Part shown: positions 53,714 through 64,000 of the stretch, one piece after another
Numbering within the stretch: the first letter of the stretch is position 1
Layout: every line of letters begins with the position of its first letter
NCBI RefSeq assembly: GCF_009914755.1
Contig: NC_060931.1
Direction: 5' to 3' (one strand)
DNA from: the human T2T-CHM13v2.0 reference genome, Homo sapiens
DNA: 64,000 nt
Made by a program: the position numbers and the translations under genes
The notes under the pieces: generated by a model
What the model was told of the DNA's origin: nothing
What the model saw: the letters and a program-made list of their open reading frames with translations, nothing else
Databases searched by the model: none

Positions 53714-55724
53714 TTACCATGTATTCCTTTTTTTACATCTGCAAAACCCAAGACCAGGCAGGCAGAGACAGGTCCACTCTTTCCTAATCTACAGGTGATT
53801 TCAGCATCTGTAATGATAATCTTAAAACTGAATCTAGGAGTGGATTGGAGTAAAGGACAACTGTGGCTGTACAACATCCTACTGAATTCTCTTAGCAAGT
53901 ACACACTTATCTGTGGAAAGTTAGTATGTACCTCACTTCCCCTTCATCTTTGTACTTGCCTTTGGAATCTTTTTAAAAACTTTGGTTCTCTGGCTTGTCA
54001 ATCATGTTTGGCTGGCTAATCTTCAATCTGATCACCCACCTTTGGGTTTATTTGATGTCTTAGGCATACTTAATCACAATCACTGGTTCTTTGGGCCCAT
54101 CTTGCTCCAGATCAGTCATCTACCTGGAGCCACCATCTCCCTGGTCATGGTGACTTAATGGGTCTCTGATTGTGCTGATGGAGCTTTTCTTGTCATCAGG
54201 CTCTAACATAGCCACACCAGGGCTCAGTTTCTCCACTGGGATGTGACATTCCCTCCTCTTCCCACCACCCTGCCCCACCCCTATATTCTCAAGTTTGAAA
54301 AGGGAAAGGATTTGATGAGCCTGACTTGCACATATACTTTTAAAAATGTATCTTTTCCTGTCAGTAGTTCTTCATCTGGCATCCAGAACATTATATTGTA
54401 AAACAGTCCTTTTAAAAGAGTATTTTTAACCCATGGGAAAGACTTTCCATTTATGGAAATTTGGGCATTATGGAAGGTTGGTGTTAGTGACTCATCCTGG
54501 CATTTCCATATTATATTAGTAATAAGTTACTGTATAGGCTCACAAGGTGTGCTCTGATCATATTACCTAAATGAAAAATGGGAATACAATTCTGAGAGAA
54601 TCAAATTCTGCCAAATTAGTTTAGGGCTTCTCTCAGATTATTTAGTATTATATTTTAAGAGAAGAATTTCTTTATATGTTTAGGCTCAGATTTTATTTTG
54701 TTGGACAATCCCAGGCTAACAGAAAAGTTGCAAGGACACTACAAAAAAGTTTTTTTGTTTGGTCTTAAACCATGTGAGAGTAAGTTGCTGGACTGATGAT
54801 CCATCGCCTCTGAAAATTTTAGTTTATTTTTCCTATAAAGCCGGAAGTTCTCCTGCCTAACTACAAAGCAAGCATCAATATGATGAAGTTAACTAGGATG
54901 CACTACTATCACCTCCTCCTCAGACCACATTTAAATTTTGCCAATGGTACCAATAATGTCCTTTATAACAAAAGTATGTATAACAACAGTTCAGGATCTG
55001 CTATAATGTTTCTTTCATTTCCATCAGCCTGGAAGCATTGTTTAGGCGGTTCTTAATTTTCATAACCAGATACTTTTGAAAATTATAGAGTTACTTTATA
55101 GAATTTATCTCAATTTGGGTTTCTCTGATCCTTCATCATGATTAGATTTAGCTCGTGCATCTCTGGCAGGGATGTCACAGGAGTGATGCTGGGCTCTTTT
55201 CCTATTAATTAGCATACCATTTTGATTAGTCCCATTACTGCTGATAAGTTTGGTCAGTTGATCATGGTGACATCTGCAAGCTTCTCTGTAAAAAAAAAAA
55301 AAAATACTATGGGGGGGGGGAAATGAGTGTTTTGTAAGAAATTACTGTAGGACTATGAATAGACTGTTCCTCATCAATATTTCAATTTATTTCTATCAGT
55401 ATGGATTCACAGCTTCCTGTTTTAGTCAATAGATTATAATCTGTTATTATCAATATTCATATTCAAATTGATGGCCTCTTCAAACAGCCTTCTGTTATCT
55501 TTTGACACATCTTTATCTTTCTCTGAATACTTTCTTATTTTCTGGCACAACAAGATGTTCAAGGCTCATCTGGTACTTTCCTTGCACAAGCCCTAGAATT
55601 AACCATTTCTCCAAGAAGATCTCGTTCCTCTTAGTGGAGAGTGGTATTGAGAAACCAAGATCTGGACACTAGGTGTGCCTACTGCTGTTGAGGCATGCTG
55701 CTCCCAAACCCTCTCTCTCAGTAG

Positions 55725-56170
<446 letters not shown>

Positions 56171-56268
56171 TAATATATAAACATATGCTCACAGCAATAC
56201 CTGCAATCTCAACTCAACACCATAGGATTTATTTGAGTTTTTTCTCTTTTCATTTATGTATATACTGC

Positions 56269-56647
56269 TGATATGGTTTGGCTGTGTCCGCAGCCAAATC
56301 TCATCTTGAATTGTAGCTCCCATAATTCCTACGTGTTGTGGGAGGGACCTGGTAGGAGATAATTGAATCATGGGGGTGGTTACCCCCGTAGTATTCTCCC
56401 CATACCATTCTCATGGTAGTGAATAAGTCTCATGAGATCTGATATAAGGGGTTTTCCCTTTTGGTTGGCTCTTTTTCTCTCTTGCCTGCCACCATGTAAG
56501 ATGAGACTTCCCTCCTCATTCACCTTCCACCATGATTTTGAGGCCTCCTCAACCATGTGGAACTGTGAGTCCCTTAAACCTCTTTCCTTTATAAATTAGC
56601 CATTCTTGGGTATGTCTTTATTATCAACATGAGAGCAGACTAATACA
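56269..56647 (+). mobile_element. THE1 (MaLR) solo LTR
   Basis: TGATATGGTTTGGCTGTGTCC...AAATCTCATCTTGAATTGTAGCTCCCATAATTCC...GACTAATACA; flanks ACTGC and ACTCC. Confidence 0.92.
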
Positions 56648-56810
56648 ACTCCCCTCTCCAAAAGTGAGGAAACAGATTCCTTTTGTACTTAATATATTTA
56701 TTTATTTGGTCAAAATCTTCCCTCCCTGTGCCTTGGCTCAATAGCTAACTTTCTGTCATTGCACAGCCTCTTCCTCCATAGGGAGAGCTCTCACTACCCT
56801 ACTGGGCTCT

Positions 56811-56889
56811 TACACCCTGTGCTAGACCACCCTTTACACCCTGTGCTAGACCACACTCTACACCCTGTGCTAGACCACACTCTACCCTG
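56811..56889 (+). repeat. 24-bp minisatellite, 3 copies plus a partial copy
   Basis: TACACCCTGTGCTAGACCAC(C/A)CT(T/C) starting at 56811, 56835 and 56859. Confidence 0.95.
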
Positions 56890-57872
56890 CATGCATACCT
56901 TTGTCACCCTATTCAGGCTACTCCAGGAGTATTGGGACCTTCCTCACCTGGACTGGATTCTGACATTCTGTAACAGGCTGACCTCTGTGTGTGGATACTT
57001 TTTTACCCTCACTGGGCTCCCATACACCATGCCAGGATGCCCCTCCTGTGGACACCCTCGTAACTCCCCTTGCCCTCTGGTACTCCCTCTGGTCATCATG
57101 ACTACCTACCCACTGCCTCCTCCACCCCTGCACAAATACCGACCTTGCTCGGCCCCATCAGATGGCTTTTGTATTAGAAGAGAAGGAGAGGAAAGGGAAG
57201 AGAAGGTGGAAGAGGAGTAGCTCACTGCTTAATCATGTTTTACTGGAATTCACAGTTTCTGGTAATTGGCATTCAATCTGAGTCCTTAAGCTTAATCTTT
57301 TATAGATTTTGCCAAACAATAATTTAACTTGAGCTTGTCTATACATACGTTAACATTTCAATAAGCTTCATTCATATTCATTGACCCAAATTATAAGAAA
57401 ATAAGAAAAGTGATGTGGAATAGAGCTTATTAATAGTTAAGTATGAGAACTTGTTTTCTGCAAAGGTCCTGATTTTCATGTAACTCCTTTTTCAAATCAC
57501 TGTTCATGTATATATAAACATGTATGCATTTCGGCATGGGTAATGAGAACACGTAAACTCTAGAAAATCACATGATTGATCATTGACGGATACTATGCGT
57601 TTTATTTCCCAAGTAAAAGCTATCTTGAGCATGATTTTACAAATATTTACTGAAACACCTAAAATGAGAGAAATAAGCCAGTTTTTATTTAGAAATTTTA
57701 CAACACGTATTTTTCAGTGTTAGGCTCTCTGCGCAAAAGAAATCTCTTTAACTGAACTATTTTGCAGCTGTTCAACAATGACTTTGAAAAGCAGCTGAAA
57801 CTAAATGTCTTTGTAAAGTAACATTTTTGGAGTTTGGTTAATTTTTTTTTTCTTTAAAGAAAGCTATTACTT

Positions 57873-58311
57873 TTTTTTCAATTTTTTAGTTTTAATTTTT
57901 GTGGGTACATAGGTATACATATTAATGGATTTCATGAGATATTTCGATATAGGCATGCAATGTGTAATAATCACATCAAGGTACATGGGGTATCCATCAT
58001 GTCAAGCATTTAAGCTTTGTGTTACCAACAATCCAGTTATACTCTTAGTTATTAAAAAATGTACAATTATTTTTTACTACAGTCACCCTGTTGTGCTTGC
58101 AAATAGTAAATCTTACTCTATTTTATTTTTTGTACCCATTAACCATCCCTACTTCCCCTCCAACCACCCACTACCCTTCCCAGATTCCGGTAACCATCCT
58201 TCTATTCTCTGTCTCCATGAGTTCAATTATATTATTTATTCATTTATTTATTTTTCTTTTTTTTTATTATACTTTAAGTTTTAGGGTCCATGTGCACAAC
58301 ATGCAGGTTAC
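57873..58311 (-). mobile_element. Composite L1 insertion: short L1PA 3' end with tail plus about 340 bp of L1MA 3' end, within one 15-bp TSD
   Basis: TSD AGAAAGCTATTACTT at 57858-57872 and 58312-58326; L1PA end TTATTATACTTTAAGTTTTAGGGTCCATGTGCACAACATGCAGGTT. Confidence 0.88.
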
Positions 58312-59029
58312 AGAAAGCTATTACTTAATAACAAACTGGCAGTCACTAAATGTCACTTAACTTTAAATATCGTGCTTTTTATCTTCAGTGAACATAGGTG
58401 GGGGGCATCTTTTCATTTCTCCTCACACAAAAATCGATTCTGAGCAAACTCATTGAAGATTCGGGAATGAAAGGGTTTGACATGGTTGTAAAGTAGAGCA
58501 ACAAAAAAGATTGACGGCAGATTTGCTTTCTAAGAACCCGCTTCTTATTCCCCTCATTTTCAAATTGAACGCCATTGAGCATTGCCGTGCGGCTGTAAAA
58601 CGCTGCTTTTCCTTCAAGAAGACTCTCGCTCACCAGTTTTCTGTCAGGCAGGAACCCTATAAAGCCTCACTTAAGCTGCTTTTCCTTGCTCCCAATGCTA
58701 TTTTTATGTCCCTTGTGGGATGCTGTCATCTTCAAGGCTAGACACAATTCCTTGCCACCACCACGACCAACCTGCATCCAAGACTCATCTTAGAAACACT
58801 AGTTATTTATAATTTCATAATTGCTGTTTCTCATCTCTTTTCCAAACAATTGATAGCTACTTAAGGACCAATAAATTGCTCACAATAATGAAGGCTACCA
58901 TGAGAGATTATGAAGTGGTAAAAGGTGTGATCTTGGCCCTGTAATTCATCATTTAATGGGGAGACAGAGCTGACACACATACTCCAAGGGTATGTAGTTT
59001 TTAAAGATTTTAGTGTATCTGAATATTTT

Positions 59030-60372
59030 TATGGCCAGGCCCAATAATTGCAAGTTATGAGGCAGGAAGTACAAATGAAGGTTCACCTATAATATGTGAA
59101 TTTTTAAACTATTACAGACAAAGCTAGCAAATTGTTATATAAAATATGTTTTTCTTCCTTCATTGACAAAGATTATTTTGTAATGATGAAATAAAAACAT
59201 TTTTGCAAAGCTTTGGTTTTTATTTGACTGACAGTTGATAAAATACCAAAAATGACTGATTTCAGTTATTATTGAATATGCCTGATATTCTTTTAACTAT
59301 TGCCTTGTTAATGTTTAGGTAACTCAATAAATATACACATAATTCATAATCCATTATATACTTACGCTATAAGATTTATTTTTATTTCTTTCATTTCATC
59401 AAAATTACTAATTAAGTATTCATAGTTACAATCTTCACATACTTTGTTTTCTAATTACAGTAATGATTTGAGACATTAAGATCATTAATATAATTGTATT
59501 AATAATGAATTAAAAATATATTTCTTAAAATATAAATCAATTTCTTCAAATAGTTATTTTATCCTGAAATATTCAAAATTACTCAAAATTATCTATCACC
59601 ATAAGTGGATAACTAAAAATTATATAAATTATAGTTAAGAAATATCGAAAAAGCAACACTTAAATAAAATTAAAATTTTCATTCTTTATAAAAATTTAAT
59701 TAAATTTTTAAATATTTTAAATTTTTGTGGAAAATGTTCACCCAGCTGTCCTGTGAAGAATTTGTGTCATACTTCATGCCTGCTATGTCTAGTAAAATAT
59801 GTTTTTGTAAATAAATAAATTTTAGAAGAATATGAACTTTTTAACATTGCACAAAGCTTCCAGTCACTGTTGGTAATTGTTCAAATGCCATGCTAAATTA
59901 TGACTACTTTCACAACTACAAATTGGATCTGCAACTGAAGCAAGAAAAGGGGCACTTGGCAGTCCTGGGAAACAATACTTTGTTATCCAAGACTCCACTG
60001 CAAGTATGCAAACTGAGAATAAAGGTGTGGCAAGTTAATTTGTCTTATCCTTTACCAAAGCCCATCTTGTGTTCAAATATCCCTGAGCTCTAAAGCAGTG
60101 TTCCTATCAAACACTGACAGTGCCACAGCTCAAGTCTTTTATGGTACTCACTCATAGTCAAATGCACCATAGGGAAGGAGAGATGGAGAAGAATTTCCCT
60201 AGGAACTAAACAGCGTTAGTCACAAAAATGAATGTGTAGGTTATGGGCTGGAATATTTAGATTACAAGCTGTCAGTACTGAGCAATGGATTCTGATTTAC
60301 AGAGGTACGCACGTGTTCTTCTGTGAATGCGGTGTGTGTGTGTGTCTGTGTGTGTGTCTGTGCATGTAGGGG

Positions 60373-60404
<32 letters not shown>

Positions 60405-60455
60405 CCTCCAAAGCTCAAAATCCTAAGCAAGGACATTTCTTGCCTGAGTCTGAAG
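59030..60455. mobile_element. hAT-Tip100 DNA transposon remnant (Zaphod/MER115-like) with internal (TG)n(GA)n
   Basis: AAGTACAAATGAAGGTTCACCTATAATATG...AAGCTAGCAAATTGTTATATAAAATATGTT start and GAGGCCTCCAAAGC...TCTTGCCTGAGTCT end resemble the consensus as I recall it. Confidence 0.55.
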
Positions 60456-61087
60456 TAGTCTAAAAATTTGGAAACATCAATTAATTTAAATTAGAATAAA
60501 ACTTTATAGTGAGGATGGGAATCGATCCTAGCTTCAGAGAACATACAGGATTTAGAAAGGAAAAGTGAAGAGGGAATGAGCATTCTGGGCAGAGGTAACA
60601 ACACACATACTGAGAACAAATTTATTGTGGCAAATTATAGGACCTGCCTGACTAGATAGGAGAATTTCTGCTATTGGAAAGAAATGGCACAAGCTCATGA
60701 GAATAGACACTAGATGAAAGTCAAAGGAATTTGATTTTATCCATTAGGTAATCGGTTCATGTGCTGGCAGTGACATGCTAATAGTGGCGTTTGGGGGAAG
60801 ATAATAGCCAGAAGTGCAAAAGTTATTGACAAAAGAAGAAACTTGAGAGAGAACAGTTAGAAATCTACTACAATAAATCTAAGTGGGATTGATAAAAGCC
60901 AGGATAGGCTAGCCATGGGCTGCAGAAAATCGCATGCATGTTGGCAGTGTCATGGGAAGGGCATCGCCAGAGTTAGGTGTGTTTTTGTTTTCTTCCAAAT
61001 TTGGATATTAAGATTAAGGAAAGGAAAGTCCTTTTGTTGATAACCTGCTAATTTCCATGTCTAAATTGAGTACATAAAAGATGTGTG

Positions 61088-61462
<375 letters not shown>

Positions 61463-62309
61463 TCACACTTCTCAATGGATTTCACTTTTTATACTTAAGC
61501 AATTCTACTGCCTCACTTCTTTGCTAGTTTTCCTAAATCTTTTGTTTGTGTTGTCATATCCTTCATGTTATTTGGCCTTCAAGACAAAGCTGAAAGTTAC
61601 AGAAGGCAAATTTGAAGAGGGTAATTTAATGGGATTGGGAATCAATGATATTATCAAGTAGCTTTTTGGCTAAGAGAAAGATGCAGAAAATGCTTAATCA
61701 TTCAGGTAAAATGATTAGGCTTGGCTCAGTTTTGCTATTTTTCTAGTTTGTAACAAGCAGGTCAAGTTCTCCCCAAAGGCCTAAATCAGGAGGCGTGACA
61801 TTTCAGGACCTCTGATGGATTAGATAGCATTGTTATTATTGCAGGGATAGTAGAATGTTCTATGTCAATGTGTGTGTGTTCACGCATTGTGAACCTTTCT
61901 CATGCCTGCCAAAGGGGTTTCCTTTTCAGAAGTTCAAAGATTTTGTCTGTCTTAGACTTTGAATGAGGATATGTTTAGGAAGATGTATTTCAAAGTTAGT
62001 GAGCAAATTCGTCCCATATCTTTCTCTGCCTTCCCATATTGCTTTTGTTGTTCCATAAACTGGCTAAATGGAATAGAAGATTTATTTAAAGTTCTATCTA
62101 ATTTGAGATTTGTGTTATCTGTATTATTGATATTTGTGCTCAAAAAGATGCACTGTACTTTATGATTTTGAAGTAAAGCATGTTTTAGCATTTCTACTTA
62201 AAATATCAGAACACTTCTTAGGCATTAAAATGACTAATGTGCATATGAATGCATAATAATTTGTTAAAAGTGAAATGTATAGATTAGTTTTACATAAGAC
62301 TAGAAAAGG

Positions 62310-62535
62310 AAAGATACGTGTGTATATATAGACATATATGTACATATGCACCCCAAAGAATATCATATATTTGTGTGTGTACATTTTGTGTATATACCAA
62401 TTATATATAATATGTAATAAATATATATTGTAAAATATCTAAATTGTAATATATGTATAATAATGTGTGTATGTATGCATACAAATAAGACAATTATGTA
62501 TAGACACCTATATACACATATACACACAAATATAA
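62310..62535. repeat. Degenerate TA/TG/CA low-complexity tract
   Basis: Seen directly. Confidence 0.8.
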
Positions 62536-62875
62536 AATACATTGGAAAGAAGTTATAAAATTCTTAAGCAACTTTATTTTTATGTTGTGGTTTTCAGTAA
62601 TACATTGTCTCCTTCAGGGGAGCTCAAATTAAATATACAAATATTTCTTCAGTGCCTTATGTTTAATGGGTCTGTGCTAGGCACTAGACCGTTTTATATA
62701 ACCTTGTATTATATGGTATAAACTGGGGCCATATATGTTATGTTAGAGCTCTTTATGTTTAGAGAATATAAGGTGAACAAGCTTCTAATCATGACTCTTG
62801 TGTGGCAAGTTTGTGCTGTGGATTTATGCTATAGGTTGTTTATAATGGTTAAATAGATAAATTTTGAGGAAGTAG

Positions 62876-63168
62876 TTTTTTGTTTGTTTGCTTGTTTGTT
62901 TTGAGATGGAGTCTCGCTCTGTCATCCTGGCTGGAGTGTGGTGGCGCCATCTTGGTTCACTGCAACCTCCGCCTCCTGGGTTCAAGCAATTCTGGTGCCT
63001 CAGGTTCCAGAGTAGCCTAGATTACAGGCACACGCCACCACGCCTGGCTAGTTTTTGTAGTTTAGTAGAGATGGGGTTTCGCCATGTTGGCCAGGCTGGC
63101 CTTGAACTCCTGGCCACAAATGATCCACTGCCTTGGCTTCCCAAAGGGCTGGGATTACGCACCCAGCC
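62876..63168 (-). mobile_element. Alu (AluS/J-type), (TTTG)n tail, small deletion near the 5' end
   Basis: Antisense dimer; degenerate TSD GAGGAAGTAGTT and GAGAAGGTAGTA. Confidence 0.92.
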
Positions 63169-63859
63169 AGAGAAGGTAGTATTTAATGATTACACAAAGT
63201 ATAACTTACTGGCTTGTTTAAGAGAGACAAAATTTCAATTTGTTTTAGGAAGTCACTTATGAAAATGCTAACAGGTGGCCCAGTGGAAGGCTGCCCATAG
63301 TTTAAGAAAGAGTAGAGCTTGGGTTTTAGTAAAAGCCAAGTCCAGAGGAGATGGCCTTTGCCAGCCCCAGGAGAGTAACAGAGTTTAGCAGTGGGATTCC
63401 GGACTCAGGCACAATACCATAGCTAAAAGAGAACTCCTTCCAGTTTGGGAAGCAGATTCAAATTAGAAAACGAAAGACAATTGACTGAGAATTGGTGAAA
63501 GGAGAAGATTTGGAATAGGCCAATAAATATTGCAGGGTATTCCTATCAGATCTGAAGGATTATAATAAGGCAGTCTCCTGTGTAGCCATCTCTTCTCTTA
63601 GCATCTGCATGGAACATGGATCACCCCCCACCTCCATCTCCTTTTTTGGACTGCCCTGGATATACAAGAGATGTCCCCAGAAACTGTGGTTGTCTAATGA
63701 GACTTGTCCCCTTGACCATAGCTTTTCAATCCAAGTGTGGACTCCTAACCCAGGGTGAGTTAACCAGATTGACTTTCCTAGGAATGTAGAGATTGGACCT
63801 GAGCACCACTGGAACAGAAGCCATCTACTTTGTGATGGTGTCTTGATAAGTACTGTTCA

Positions 63860-64000
63860 GGCAGTCCTGAGCTCAAATACTAATTCCAGCATATATTGAG
63901 AAGGATACGTTACCAATTGGAGTCTCACTTTTCCTATTTATAAATGGTTATAACAATATATCCCTTATAATTTTGTTGTGAGAAAATGAAATACAATATA
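63860..64000 (+). mobile_element. MIR
   Basis: CCTGAGCTCAAATACTAATTCC...GTCTCACTTTTCCTATTTATAAATGG...TTGTTGTGAGAAAATGAAATA. Confidence 0.7.

Noticed and set aside
56811-56889. Possible CRISPR-like repeat array
   Set aside because: The repeats are head-to-tail with no spacers, there are no cas genes, and the context is eukaryotic.
58385-58633. 82-aa minus-strand ORF in the CpG-rich segment
   Set aside because: GTG start, no recognisable domain and no convincing exon structure; treated as candidate regulatory DNA instead.

Overview
Primate (human-like) genomic DNA, AT-rich and dominated by transposable elements. It contains large decayed LINE-1s (L1PB with its 5'UTR, L1PA13-16, L1MA, L1MC/ME), about 14 Alu or Alu-monomer copies, ERV1/ERVL/MaLR LTRs, hAT/Tigger/piggyBac DNA-transposon fossils, L2/MIR fragments and microsatellites. 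I recognise no intact protein-coding gene, RNA gene or CRISPR array. Nearly all ORF-track entries are L1, Alu or LTR debris or chance ORFs. Family names come from my recall of consensus sequences, not from a search. I found no convincing new biological system. The best observations are mechanistic fossils readable in the sequence: an L1 3'-transduction with a perfect 15-bp TSD, a TSD-less AluY joining two truncated LTRs (probable Alu-mediated deletion), two twin-priming L1 inversions, an L1-associated deletion of a MaLR provirus, a templated insertion inside an L1, and a piggyBac MITE at TTAA. More speculatively, a strong minus-strand L1 bias plus several + strand exon-like units (four of exactly 27 nt) hint at a spliced + strand host transcript.
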